DNA of 64,000 bases from an uncultured Gemmatimonadaceae bacterium (GCA_963761305.1 CAVXGK010000002.1:2816001-2880000); one strand, 5' to 3'. Shown: positions 24,097 to 33,780, counted from the first letter of the stretch. The notes: generated by a model from the sequence alone, not told the origin. Made by a program: numbers and translations.

Positions 24097-24954
24097 TCAA
24101 CGCGCTCCCGCCGGCGCGTCGCCGCGGCTTCCCCGCAGCGCGCGCAACGCCGCCAACGGAATGAGCGCGAGGAGCACCAGCACCGCCGCCACCGGCAGCG
24201 CTTCACGCAAGCCGAACGCCGTGAAGCGGTCGTAGCTCAACACGCTCGCGACCTTCGGATTGTACGTGAGAATGACGATCGCGCCGAACTCGCTCACCGC
24301 ACGCGCCCACATCACGATCGCGGCGGCAGTGATGCCACGCGCCGCGAGCGGCAGCGTGACGCGCCGAAACGCGCGCCACGCGTCGTCCCCGAGCGTGCGC
24401 GCGACCGCCTCGAACCGCGCGTCCACGCGGGCGAACGACTCGCGCGCCGCGCTCACGTAAAGCGGCGCCGAGACGAACAGCATCGCGCAGATGATGCCCG
24501 TCGGCGACCCGGCGACGCGCACTCCCGCCGCGTAAAGCGCCGAGCCGAGCGGGCTCCCTCGCCCGAGCACGAGGAGCAGCGCGATGCCGGCCACCGGATG
24601 CGGAATCACGAGCGGCAGATCCATGATGGCCGCCAGCAGCGCCTTGCCGCGAAAGGTCCGGCGCGCCAGCAAGTACGCGACCGGCGTCCCGCCGATGATG
24701 CCGAGCAGCGTCGCCGTCGTCGCCGCGAAGGCGGTGAGCAAGAGCGACTGCCGCAACTCCGCGTCGGTGCCCAGGGCCCCGATGCCGCGGACGCCGCCCG
24801 ACGCGACGAGACCGGCCACCGGGCCGAGGATGAACAGCAGAAACAACGAAGCGACGACGGCGACGACGACCGACGCGACAGCCCGCGACCCGACCGGGCG
24901 GCCCGGGGGAACCGCGATCGCACCCTCATCGGCCGCCGCCAGGACCCCAATCAT
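24097..24954 (-). CDS. Molybdate/tungstate ABC transporter permease (ModB/WtpB-like)
   Basis: DLPLVIPHPVAGIALL, FEAVARTLG, WARAVSEFGA. Confidence 0.92.
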   Translation of the reverse strand: MIGVLAAADEGAIAVPPGRPVGSRAVASVVVAVVASLFLLFILGPVAGLVASGGVRGIGALGTDAELRQSLLLTAFAATTATLLGIIGGTPVAYLLARRTFRGKALLAAIMDLPLVIPHPVAGIALLLVLGRGSPLGSALYAAGVRVAGSPTGIICAMLFVSAPLYVSAARESFARVDARFEAVARTLGDDAWRAFRRVTLPLAARGITAAAIVMWARAVSEFGAIVILTYNPKVASVLSYDRFTAFGLREALPVAAVLVLLALIPLAALRALRGSRGDAPAGAR

Positions 24955-24959
24955 GGCCT

Positions 24960-25034
24960 AAAGAAAGCCCCGCCGAGGGGGGCGCGCCACGGAGAGAAAC
25001 TTTCGCCATCTTTCTCCGTCGTGGTCAGCCGGGG
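24960..25034 (-). promoter_or_regulatory. Candidate structured leader or attenuator upstream of the molybdate permease
   Basis: On the minus strand: CCCCGGCTGA, then the hairpin ACGGAGA...GGC-GAAA-GTT...TCTCCGT, then GCCCC-N7-GGGGC-TTTCTTT ending 5 nt before the ATG. Confidence 0.45.
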
Positions 25035-25129
25035 TCATTGCGCAAGCCGAAACGCGCCCGGTAGAATCGACTCTCTCCCCGTCCCGACCCGGCCCAACCG
25101 GCGCCCGGCCCTCTCCGAACACTCAGCTC

Positions 25130-26101
25130 ATGTCTGATCTGGCAATCGACATCCGCAAGATCGTGAAGCGCTTCGACGAGCACGTCGCCGTGCGCGAGCT
25201 GTCGCTTCAGGTTCCACGCGGTTCGGTCTACGGTCTCCTCGGCCCAAACGGCGCCGGGAAGACGACGACCATTCGCATGATTCTCGACGTGCTGCTTCCC
25301 GACTCCGGATCGATCTCGATCTTCGGGCGTCCGAACACCGACTACGGTGTGCTCGACAAGGTCGGGTATCTGCCGGAGGAGCGCGGCCTCTACAAGAAGA
25401 TGCAGGTGAGGCGTGTGCTGCTCTTCCTCGCCGAGTTGAAAGGCATGCGCGCCGCCGAGGCGGCGCCGCGAATCGATGAATGGCTTCGCCGATTCAGCCT
25501 CGTGACGCCCGAGAAGAACTGGGGCGAGTCGAAGGTCGACGAGCTGTCGCGCGGCATGCAGCAGAAGGTCCAGTTCATCGCCACGCTGTTGCACGACCCC
25601 GACCTCGTGATCCTCGACGAGCCGTTCAGCGGACTCGATCCGATCAACGCGCAGGCGCTCAAGGATGCCGTCCTCGAGCTCAAGCGGCGCGGCAAGACGG
25701 TCATCTTCAGCACGCACGTCATGGACAACGCCGAACGCATGTGCGATTCGGTGTGCATCATCGCGCACGGCGAGAAGGTGCTCGACGGCAGCATGGCGGA
25801 CGTGAAGCGCACCGCCGGCACGCGCAACGTGGCGCTCGCACTGGCGAGCGGCGGGGGCGCGCACAACGGCGTGACGGAGGTGCTGCGCGATTCACGCCTC
25901 GTCACCAAGTACGACGACACCAACAACTACTTCGAGCTCGAGCTGGCGCCGAACGCCGACACGCAGGTATTGCTGCGGCGGCTCATCGACGCCGGCGCGT
26001 CGATCGAACGATTCGAGCTGATGCAGCCGTCGCTGCATCAGATCTTCCTTCAGCGCGTCGGCGCGGCCGGCGTTGAAACGGGGATGTCCGGTCATGGGTA
26101 A
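25130..26101 (+). CDS. ABC-2 type exporter ATP-binding protein (NatA-like)
   Basis: GPNGAGKTT, GYLPEERGLY, LSRGMQQKVQF, LDEPFSGLDP, PSLHQIF. Confidence 0.95.
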   Translation: MSDLAIDIRKIVKRFDEHVAVRELSLQVPRGSVYGLLGPNGAGKTTTIRMILDVLLPDSGSISIFGRPNTDYGVLDKVGYLPEERGLYKKMQVRRVLLFLAELKGMRAAEAAPRIDEWLRRFSLVTPEKNWGESKVDELSRGMQQKVQFIATLLHDPDLVILDEPFSGLDPINAQALKDAVLELKRRGKTVIFSTHVMDNAERMCDSVCIIAHGEKVLDGSMADVKRTAGTRNVALALASGGGAHNGVTEVLRDSRLVTKYDDTNNYFELELAPNADTQVLLRRLIDAGASIERFELMQPSLHQIFLQRVGAAGVETGMSGHG

Positions 26102-27428
26102 CTTCGGCAAGCTCTTCGTCGTCGCGAAACGCGAGTACATGGAGCGCATCCGCTCGCGCTGGTTCATCGTGATGACGCTGCTCGTTCCGGCGATCTTCTC
26201 CGGCGCGATGCTCTTCCCCGTCTACATGGCGGCGCGGGGCGGCGCATCGGGCAGTGCGCTGCGCAACATCGCCATCATCGACGCCACGGGCGCGGGACTC
26301 GGCGAGCAGATCGCCACGACGCTCAAGACGGACAGCACGCTCGGCCGCGCGAACGACACGATCGCGCCGCGGGTGATCGTGTCGTCGCCGGCGGACGTGC
26401 CCGCGCACGAGCGCGAGCTGCAGGCGCAAGTCCAGCAGCCGAACGGCTTGATCGGCTATCTAGTGCTGACCGACAGCACGCTCGCCGGCAATTCCGCGAG
26501 CTACGCCGGGCGCAACGCGTCGACGATCAACGACGTCGACAAACTGCGGTCGCTCGTACGGCAGGAGGTGATGATCGCGCGCCTGCAGCACGAGGGCGTG
26601 CGCGCGGACGTCGTGAAGGATATCGCGACGACGACCTTCCGGCTGAAATCGGAGCGCATCACCGAGCGCGGACGGTCGGGATCCGGCACCGGCGGCCTCT
26701 TCGCCGGCATCATCGTCGGCGTGCTGCTGTTCATGTCGATCGTCTTCCACGGTCAGAACGTGTTGCGCGGCGTACTCGAGGAGAAATCGACGCGCGTCGC
26801 CGAGGTCGTGATCTCGAGCGTCAAACCGGAGGTGCTGCTGGCCGGCAAGGTGCTCGGCGTCGGTGCCGTCGGGTTGACGCAACAGGCGGCGTGGCTCGGC
26901 ATTGCCGCGTACCTCATGAACTTCGTGACGCCGATCATCACGAAAGGACTGAGTGGTCCCGCGGCGGCCGCGGCGGCGGATCAATTCGGCGGCGGCTTCG
27001 CGACGATCAGCATGGGGACGATCGGGCTGGTGCTCGTCTATTTCGTCATCGGCTTCGTGTTCTACGCGAGCCTGTACGCCGCCGCCGGCTCGATGGTGAA
27101 CAGCGAGCAGGAAGCGCAGCAAGCAGCGACGCCGGTGCTGATCCTGCTCATGAGCACGTGGCTGCTCGTCCAGACGATCATCGTGAATCCGAACAGCAAG
27201 CTCGCGATCGTCCTTTCGTGGCTGCCCTGGTCGTCGCCGATCATCGTGCCGCTGCGGATGGGATTGACGACCGTTTCACCGTTCACTATCGCCGGCTCGA
27301 TCGTCGTCGCGATCCTCGGCTGCGTCGGCGCTGTGTGGCTCTCGGCGCGCATTTACCGCGTCGGCATGCTGATGTACGGGAAGAAACCGAGCTTCGCGGA
27401 AGTGGCCCGCTGGATTCGGTACGCGTGA
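26094..27428 (+). CDS. ABC-2 type exporter permease (NatB/YhaP-like)
   Basis: AKREY, VLEEKSTRVAEVVISSV, LAGKVLG, RIYRVGMLMYG; several TM helices. Confidence 0.93.
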   Translation: MGNFGKLFVVAKREYMERIRSRWFIVMTLLVPAIFSGAMLFPVYMAARGGASGSALRNIAIIDATGAGLGEQIATTLKTDSTLGRANDTIAPRVIVSSPADVPAHERELQAQVQQPNGLIGYLVLTDSTLAGNSASYAGRNASTINDVDKLRSLVRQEVMIARLQHEGVRADVVKDIATTTFRLKSERITERGRSGSGTGGLFAGIIVGVLLFMSIVFHGQNVLRGVLEEKSTRVAEVVISSVKPEVLLAGKVLGVGAVGLTQQAAWLGIAAYLMNFVTPIITKGLSGPAAAAAADQFGGGFATISMGTIGLVLVYFVIGFVFYASLYAAAGSMVNSEQEAQQAATPVLILLMSTWLLVQTIIVNPNSKLAIVLSWLPWSSPIIVPLRMGLTTVSPFTIAGSIVVAILGCVGAVWLSARIYRVGMLMYGKKPSFAEVARWIRYA

Positions 27429-27431
27429 TTT

Positions 27432-27448
27432 GGGTGGACGGGTGGACG
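27432..27448 (+). repeat. Two-copy GGGTGGAC repeat after a stop codon
   Basis: Same unit as at 2311 and 53553; starts 3 nt after the TGA at 27428. Confidence 0.7.
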
Positions 27449-27450
27449 AA

Positions 27451-28026
27451 TCAGTCGGTGACGACCCGTTCGATGCGGCGGTCGGGGACCAGCCACACGA
27501 GGGCGACGACGACGAACAGCGCGTCCGACATCAGTGGCTGTACGAAGGCGATGGGGATCGCGAGCACATAAAGGATGAGCGAGGTCACGCCTTTGCGATT
27601 GGCCCCGATGGCTCGAGCGAGCTTCGAGTCGGGGCCCTGCGCGGCGATGATGGTGTATTCAAGAATGGTATAAGCGATCGACGCGAGGACCATCACGACT
27701 CCGTACAGCGCGGTCGGCCCGGCCGAGTAGTGATTCGCTCCCATCCACGCGGTGACGAATGGAACGAGCGAAAGCCAGAAGAGGAGATGCAGGTTGGCCC
27801 AGAGCACGCCGCCAGTGACGCGATCGACCAGGTGCATCAGGTGGTGGTGGTTGCTCCAGTAGATGCCGAGGAGCACGAAGCTCAACACGTACGCCAGCAG
27901 TGACGGGACGGCTTCACGCAGTGCGGACAGCGTCGCGCCTTGCGGGACCTTGAGCTCCAGGACCATGATCGTGATCAGAATGGCGATCACGCCGTCGCTG
28001 AACGCCTCGAGTCTCCCCTTTTTCAT
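27451..28026 (-). CDS. TMEM175-family (DUF1211) potassium channel
   Basis: RLEAFSDGVIAILITIMVLEL, YWSNHHH, WANLHLLFWLSLVPF, WLVPDRRIE. Confidence 0.95.
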   Translation of the reverse strand: MKKGRLEAFSDGVIAILITIMVLELKVPQGATLSALREAVPSLLAYVLSFVLLGIYWSNHHHLMHLVDRVTGGVLWANLHLLFWLSLVPFVTAWMGANHYSAGPTALYGVVMVLASIAYTILEYTIIAAQGPDSKLARAIGANRKGVTSLILYVLAIPIAFVQPLMSDALFVVVALVWLVPDRRIERVVTD

Positions 28027-28086
28027 GCCGAACACTGGGACTGCCGCTCGAACAGGGCAAGCCGCTCAACACTCATCGACGATTCC

Positions 28087-28584
28087 ATGACACACCCCGT
28101 TCCGCCCGTGCCCGATGGCCGCCAGCTGCTTCGGCACACGCTGGCCACGCTCGCATATCGCGCGTCGAAGGCCGTGCGCGGCGCGCCGCCGTCGTTCTCG
28201 ACTTTCCTCGTCGCCGAGGGCTCTCGCAGGCCGGGGCAGATCCTCGCGCACCTCGGCGACTTGATGGACTGGGCGCTGTCACAGGCGCAGGGACAGCAGA
28301 AGTGGAACGACACGCCGCCCGGGGATTGGAACGCCGACGTCGACCGCTTCTTTCGCTCGGTCGGCGCGCTCGACGAGTATCTCGCGTCGAATGCCGACGT
28401 GCACTTTGGCGCGCAGACGATCTTTCAGGGTGCGATCGCCGATTCACTGACGCACGTGGGGCAGATCAACATGCTGCGGCGGATCGCCAGCTCGCCGGTG
28501 CGAGGCGAGAACTACTCGAAGGCGCAGATCGCGGTCGGTCGCGTCACGCTCGAGCAGCCCGCGCCGCGCGCCGAATTCGGCTGA
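28087..28584 (+). CDS. DinB/YfiT-like four-helix protein
   Basis: LLRHTLATLAYR, QILAHLGDL, DSLTHVGQINMLRR. Confidence 0.75.
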   Translation: MTHPVPPVPDGRQLLRHTLATLAYRASKAVRGAPPSFSTFLVAEGSRRPGQILAHLGDLMDWALSQAQGQQKWNDTPPGDWNADVDRFFRSVGALDEYLASNADVHFGAQTIFQGAIADSLTHVGQINMLRRIASSPVRGENYSKAQIAVGRVTLEQPAPRAEFG

Positions 28585-29913
28585 TCACGACCGCTCGGCT
28601 GCGTCGAGCTCGGCGATCGTTCGGCGAAACGGCGCCAGCCCGAGCGCGAACAGAATGATCGCCGTCGTCATACCGACGACGTTCACGATGGCGAGCGATC
28701 GTCCGATCGCCATCGGGTCGTGGAAGACGTAGTCGTTCAGCCAGCCGACGGAGCTCGGCCCGAGCGAGCGCGAGATCAGGCTGACGACGAGCACGTAGAG
28801 CGCGACGCCCTGCGCTCGAAGCCGCGGTGGGACGATCTCGGCCGCCGACGCCGACGCGGCGCCCCACGGCATGGCCGCGAACAGATTGACGACGGCAAGC
28901 CACCATCCGGCGACCGTCGCCGTGGGCGCGAGGGGAAAGGCCGTCGCCGCGATCAGCATGCCGGCGGCGCCGGCGATCCCGACGCGCAACGGTGCGTCGG
29001 TCTTCCCGGCCCGGACGAGTCGATTCGCGATCCATCCCCCAACGAGCACGCCGATCGGTCCGATCGTCATCGTGAGTAAACCCTGAAGACGTCCGGCCTG
29101 CACTTCGTTCCAATCGAACCGCCGCAGGAACACGGCCGGGATCCAGAGCACGAGCGAAAAGTTCACGCTCGACGACATGGCGAACCCGAGACCTTGCGTC
29201 GCGAAGGTGCGTCGATGCCTGGCGACGTGCGCCATGAGCGCGCTGAATGGCGGCGCCGATGCCGACGCGTCGCGCGTTCGCCGCGGTTCCTTCACGGTGA
29301 GCAGGAGCAGGGCGACGAGCAGTCCCGGGAGTCCGACGGCGAGAAACACCAGCTGCCACGGATGTATCACGCCGAGAATCGGGACTTCCCTGGTCGCGGC
29401 GTTGCCCGCCGCGCCGACCATGTACCCGCCGATGGCGTACCCCGCGCCGGAGCCGATGAAGATACCTAAGCTGAGAACGCTCATCGCCCCGGCGAACTTG
29501 TCGCGCGGAAAATAGTCGGAGAGCAGCGACGCGGCGGGAGCGCTGAGTGTGGCCTCGCCGACCCCGACGCCCATCCGCATGAGGAAGAGCTGCGGAAACG
29601 TCTTCGCGGCCGCGCACAGCGACGTGAATACGCTCCACAACGTCGCGCCGCCGACGAGCACGTTGCGACGGCTGGTCCGATCCGCCAAGCGCGCGATCGG
29701 CAAACCGAGCACGGCGAAAAACAACGCGAACGCGAAGCCGCTGAGATAGCTCACTTGCGAATCGGTGATCCCGAGGTCGCGCTCCATCGGCCGGACGAGC
29801 AGGCTCAGGATCTGCTGATCGATGTTTCCGCTGACGCTGAACAGCGTCAACACGGCGACGACGTACCACGGGTACCACGCCTGTCGCGGCGCGCCTGTGC
29901 TCGAGTCGGGCAT
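28585..29913 (-). CDS. MFS transporter (spinster-like)
   Basis: ARLADRTSRR motif A, RMGVGVGEA, SLLSDYFP, KEPRR; about 12 TM helices. Confidence 0.93.
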   Translation of the reverse strand: MPDSSTGAPRQAWYPWYVVAVLTLFSVSGNIDQQILSLLVRPMERDLGITDSQVSYLSGFAFALFFAVLGLPIARLADRTSRRNVLVGGATLWSVFTSLCAAAKTFPQLFLMRMGVGVGEATLSAPAASLLSDYFPRDKFAGAMSVLSLGIFIGSGAGYAIGGYMVGAAGNAATREVPILGVIHPWQLVFLAVGLPGLLVALLLLTVKEPRRTRDASASAPPFSALMAHVARHRRTFATQGLGFAMSSSVNFSLVLWIPAVFLRRFDWNEVQAGRLQGLLTMTIGPIGVLVGGWIANRLVRAGKTDAPLRVGIAGAAGMLIAATAFPLAPTATVAGWWLAVVNLFAAMPWGAASASAAEIVPPRLRAQGVALYVLVVSLISRSLGPSSVGWLNDYVFHDPMAIGRSLAIVNVVGMTTAIILFALGLAPFRRTIAELDAAERS

Positions 29914-30029
29914 GCGAACAAGATAGCCGAGCCGGCATCGCCGCTCGGTCGAGGCACCGCCTTTGACCGAATGGCGAGATGTCCCGTTTTCCCTCAGTCT
30001 GTCGTCGTCACCGACGGAGCACAGCAACG

Positions 30030-31031
30030 ATGCGTTGGATCGGCCTCGTGGGGTTGCTGCTGGTCAGTGCGTGCGGACGCTGGGCGTGGGTGCCGCCCTC
30101 GTCGCTTCCGCGAGCGACCACCATCCCCAACGGCACGATCCGCCAGGACTTGTTCGTCGCACCGTCGCTCGGCGTCGCGAAGCATGTCGTCATATATCTG
30201 CCGCCATCGTACGCGCACGACACGACGCGGCGATATCCCGTCGCGTACTATCTCCACGGCCTGTCGGGTTCGGAATCGGATTGGGTGGCGAAAGGCGGCA
30301 TCGACGCCGCGGCCGACTCGCTGTTCACGCGCGGCACGCCGGAGATGATCATCGTCATGCCCGACGGCGACGACGGCTGGTACACGACGTGGGTGAACCA
30401 GCTGGCGTACCGCACGTGCGCCGACACGCTGCACGGAGAGGCGCCCCAGTCGTATTGCGTCAAGCACCAACGCTACGACGACTACATCGCGCACGACGTC
30501 GTGCGGTACGTCGACGACCGCTACCGCACGCAGGCGGACCGCCAGCACCGCGGGATCGGCGGTCTGAGCATGGGCGGCTACGGAGCGCTCAGCATCGCGC
30601 TGCGCTTCCCCGACGTATTCAGCGCGGCGGCGAGTCATTCGGGCGTCGTGTCGCCGATGTACGTCGGCCCGCATCCGTTCGCCGAACCGGTCAAGTACGC
30701 GACCGACGGGGAGATCGCACGCCCCGCGGCCGCGACATACTTGGCACGCTATCAACTGTACTGGGGCACTGACCTCGAGCGCTGGCGCGCCGCCGATCCC
30801 GCGCACGAGGCGGAGCTCGTGCAGAAGCACGGCGCGCGAATGCCGGCGCTGTTCATCGACTGCGGGACCGAGGACGCGCTCGTCGATCAGAACCGAGCGC
30901 TACACGCCGAGCTGTCGCGTCTCGGCGTGCGGCACGAGTACGCCGAGTGGCCCGGCGCGCACACGTGGCGCTACTGGAGCACGCACGTGCGCGAGAGCTT
31001 GGCGTGGATGGGAAAACGAATTGGAGAGTGA
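30030..31031 (+). CDS. Exported alpha/beta-hydrolase (putative esterase), possible lipoprotein
   Basis: VSAC lipobox; YLPPSY, YYLHG, GLSMGG nucleophile elbow, DCGTED, GAHTWRYW. Confidence 0.9.
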   Translation: MRWIGLVGLLLVSACGRWAWVPPSSLPRATTIPNGTIRQDLFVAPSLGVAKHVVIYLPPSYAHDTTRRYPVAYYLHGLSGSESDWVAKGGIDAAADSLFTRGTPEMIIVMPDGDDGWYTTWVNQLAYRTCADTLHGEAPQSYCVKHQRYDDYIAHDVVRYVDDRYRTQADRQHRGIGGLSMGGYGALSIALRFPDVFSAAASHSGVVSPMYVGPHPFAEPVKYATDGEIARPAAATYLARYQLYWGTDLERWRAADPAHEAELVQKHGARMPALFIDCGTEDALVDQNRALHAELSRLGVRHEYAEWPGAHTWRYWSTHVRESLAWMGKRIGE

Positions 31032-31060
31032 ATCGCCGGTGGACGGTAGGGCGGAGCGCG

Positions 31061-31315
31061 TCAGTTCGCCGCGCGGAAGCCTTCGGCGGTGAGCGCGCTC
31101 ATCACGCGAGAGCGGAGATCGGTGCTGATCTGCAGGTGAGGGCGAGCGGCGGCGACGGCGTCGAGGAACGCGTTCGCGAAATCAAAGTGCGAGTGGCAAT
31201 TGCCGCAGATCTCGAGGTGACGAACGATTCGCTCACGCTCCTCCTCGGAGAGCGCGCTATCGAGGTACGGCCACAGCCGCATGACGACGAATTCACATTC
31301 TGAGCGACTAGCCAT
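31061..31315 (-). CDS. Zinc-binding anti-sigma factor (zf-HC2/ZAS, RsrA/RshA-like)
   Basis: C...LWPYLD..L....RERIVRHLEICGNC (HxxxCxxC); 84 aa, no TM; overlaps the end of the sigma gene. Confidence 0.92.
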   Translation of the reverse strand: MASRSECEFVVMRLWPYLDSALSEEERERIVRHLEICGNCHSHFDFANAFLDAVAAARPHLQISTDLRSRVMSALTAEGFRAAN

Positions 31316-31943
31316 GGCGGCGCTCCGGAATCGGACGAAAAGGCATTGGTGTCGGCCATGTCAAGGCGGTCGATGTCTTGAATCCCGCGTCGATCGCGTA
31401 GTCGATGAGGGATTCCTGAAGTTGTCGCCGCGCGCGGTAGAGGCGGGATCGCACGGTGCCAATCGGGATGTCGAGCGCGACGGCGACCTGCTCGTACGTG
31501 AAGTCGTCCACGTCCACCAACGTCACGACGTCGCGGTAGTGCGGCTCGAGCGCGGCGATGGCGTCGGCGATCGCCGGCCCGAGGTCGAGACGGCTGAACA
31601 TGCCGTCCAGATCGCTGGCTTTGGCGCGGTCGTGTTGACGCGTCGCCGCGAGGTTCTCGAGCTCCTGATCATCGGCCACGATTGATTTGGCGTCGCGGCG
31701 CTTCTTCTCGGCGAACACGTGGCGGCAGATGGTGGAGAGCCAGGCCTTGCAATCCGAACCGGGCAGGAACGTGTGCCAGTGCCGATACGCGCGCAGAAAG
31801 GTCTCCTGCACGAGATCGTCGGCGTCGGCCGGATCCTGCGCCAGCGCCGCCGCGACGCGCGCGATCGTCGGAAGCAGCGGTAGCGCCGTCTCCGCGAACT
31901 CTCGGTCGCGATCAGAAGTCGTTGGAGGCGCTGGTGGTGGCAT
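31308..31943 (-). CDS. ECF sigma-70 factor (SigR/SigH-like)
   Basis: DADDLVQETFLRAY, KAWLSTI, YRDVVTLVDVDDFTYEQVA, PIGTVRSRLYRAR. Confidence 0.95.
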   Translation of the reverse strand: MPPPAPPTTSDRDREFAETALPLLPTIARVAAALAQDPADADDLVQETFLRAYRHWHTFLPGSDCKAWLSTICRHVFAEKKRRDAKSIVADDQELENLAATRQHDRAKASDLDGMFSRLDLGPAIADAIAALEPHYRDVVTLVDVDDFTYEQVAVALDIPIGTVRSRLYRARRQLQESLIDYAIDAGFKTSTALTWPTPMPFRPIPERRHG

Positions 31944-31952
31944 CGTGAGCAG

Positions 31953-31978
31953 AACGGTGTGGGCTTGCAGAGAGTTCC
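31953..31978 (-). promoter_or_regulatory. SigR-type promoter GGAAC-N18-GTT upstream of the sigma gene
   Basis: GGAAC TCTCTGCAAGCCCACACC GTT, ending 9 nt before the ATG. Confidence 0.75.
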
Positions 31979-32034
31979 GTTGCGAGTGGACGGCTGAGCC
32001 GGAGACGTCGACGTCAGACGTCTGACATCTGACG

Positions 32035-32991
32035 TCAGATTTCTCGATTCACGCCGTTAGCCTTCCGGTCCACCGGTTCACCCGCTGTCGCCACCTCGAA
32101 CGCCGCGTTCGCCAGATCCGCGATTGGCGTCGGAACGCCGTGCTGGCGACCCAAGCGTCGCACCGTGCCGGCGAGCAGATCCAGCTCGGTCGGTCCGCCT
32201 CGCTCGAGATCCAACAGAAAACTCGGCTTGATCGTCGGGCCGATGGCGAAGAGATCGTCGCGCACCTTCGCTTCGTCGGCGTCGTCGAGCGTGCCGGCGA
32301 CCGCTCGCGCGACCATCACGACTTCGTGGAGCGAACCGGTGAGCAGCTTGCGCCCCGAATCCGTCGCGAGCACGGGGCCCATCGGCTGACGCGACAGACC
32401 GCACGCGATTCCCATCGAGACGATGAACGAAAATTTCCGCCAGATGTCGCGCGTGATGTCCGGGCTCAGCGTCGCGGTCGAACCGGCGCCGGCGAATGCG
32501 TCGACGATGCGCGACGTCCGCTCGCTCGTCGGTCGGTCGAATTCACCGATCGTGACACGATCGCCCGGACTCTTCCGCTGCACGACGCCCGGCTCGGGGC
32601 GGACGAGACTCGCGTGAATGATTCCGCCGACGATCGCCGGGCTTGGAACACCGAGCCCCGCGAGCCGTTCCGCGACGTCGGCGCCGTTGAGCAACGGTAC
32701 GATCGTCGCGCCGTTCTTCGCCGCGCCGACGAGCGCCGGGCCGACCTCGTTCAGCGAGTAGCTCTTGACCGACACGATTACGTAGTCGCATTTGGCGACG
32801 ATGCTGCCGTCGTCCGACACCTCGGGCCGTACGACGAACGAACCGTCGAGGGTCCGCACCTCGAGACCGCGCTGTCGCATCGCGGTCAGATGCTCGCCGC
32901 GGGCCACCAGGCGAACCTGATGACCCGCGCGACACAACGTTCCCGCGTAGTAGCTGCCGATCCCGCCCGCGCCGACGACGCCGATGTCCAC
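32035..32991 (-). CDS. panE: 2-dehydropantoate 2-reductase (ketopantoate reductase family)
   Basis: VVGAGGIGSYY, ARGEHL, VKSY, LLNG, WRKF, KPSFLLDLERG, ELD, VPTP. Confidence 0.85.
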   Translation of the reverse strand: MDIGVVGAGGIGSYYAGTLCRAGHQVRLVARGEHLTAMRQRGLEVRTLDGSFVVRPEVSDDGSIVAKCDYVIVSVKSYSLNEVGPALVGAAKNGATIVPLLNGADVAERLAGLGVPSPAIVGGIIHASLVRPEPGVVQRKSPGDRVTIGEFDRPTSERTSRIVDAFAGAGSTATLSPDITRDIWRKFSFIVSMGIACGLSRQPMGPVLATDSGRKLLTGSLHEVVMVARAVAGTLDDADEAKVRDDLFAIGPTIKPSFLLDLERGGPTELDLLAGTVRRLGRQHGVPTPIADLANAAFEVATAGEPVDRKANGVNREI

Positions 32992-33004
32992 GCGGTGCGC
33001 GCCG

Positions 33005-33592
33005 TTACTTCTTCGCCGGCGCGGTGAAGAGGTACGCGTACTGCCCGTACCCTTCCTCGACGAGCTTCGACGCCGGAATGAAACGCATCGACGCCGAGTT
33101 CATGCAGTAGCGCATGCCGGTGGGACGCGGGCCGTCGTCGAACAGGTGGCCGAGGTGCGAGTCGGCGTGAGCGGAACGCACTTCGGTGCGCACCATGCCG
33201 AGCGTGCGGTCGCTCTTGGTGGTGACGTTCTCGGGAACGAGCGGTTTGGTGAAGCTCGGCCAACCGGTGCCGGATTCGAATTTGTCGGTCGAGCTGAAGA
33301 GCGCCTCGCCCGACACGACGTCGACGTAGATGCCCGGCTCGTGGTTGTCCCAATACGCGTTCTGGAAAGGACGCTCGGTCGCTTCGTGCTGCGTGACCTC
33401 GTACTGGAGCGGCGTGAGCTCCTTCTTCAGACTGTCGTCGGACGGCTTCTTGTAGTTGTTCATGGAATGGCTACCCGATTGGGCCAGCTTGGTGGTCTGG
33501 GCGGAGAGACCGCTCGCGATCATCGGCAGCGCGGCCATGGCCGCAGTAGCAACGACTCCGGCGAGCCGCGAAACACGCATACGTTCGAGCAT
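33005..33592 (-). CDS. msrB: Peptide-methionine (R)-S-oxide reductase MsrB with signal peptide
   Basis: [46 protein letters not shown]-terminal signal ending LSA-Q; GAGG RBS. Confidence 0.96.
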   Translation of the reverse strand: MLERMRVSRLAGVVATAAMAALPMIASGLSAQTTKLAQSGSHSMNNYKKPSDDSLKKELTPLQYEVTQHEATERPFQNAYWDNHEPGIYVDVVSGEALFSSTDKFESGTGWPSFTKPLVPENVTTKSDRTLGMVRTEVRSAHADSHLGHLFDDGPRPTGMRYCMNSASMRFIPASKLVEEGYGQYAYLFTAPAKK

Positions 33593-33633
33593 ATCGATTC
33601 CTCGGTGGAACGCGTCTAAATCCTCGATATCAA

Positions 33634-33659
33634 AACTGGTCGGCGCAGCGTTTGGTTCC
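33634..33659 (-). promoter_or_regulatory. SigR-type promoter GGAAC-N18-GTT upstream of msrB
   Basis: GGAAC CAAACGCTGCGCCGACCA GTTTTGA. Confidence 0.75.
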
Positions 33660-33780
33660 ACTTTGAATAAGTTACGCCGACCGGCGAGGGGCGGTATCCG
33701 GCTGTATCCGGTTATAGTACGCCCGTGGAACGTCCAGCGGATCTCGGGCGTCGTGGGCTCACCCCTAAGCGGAGCTAGCC

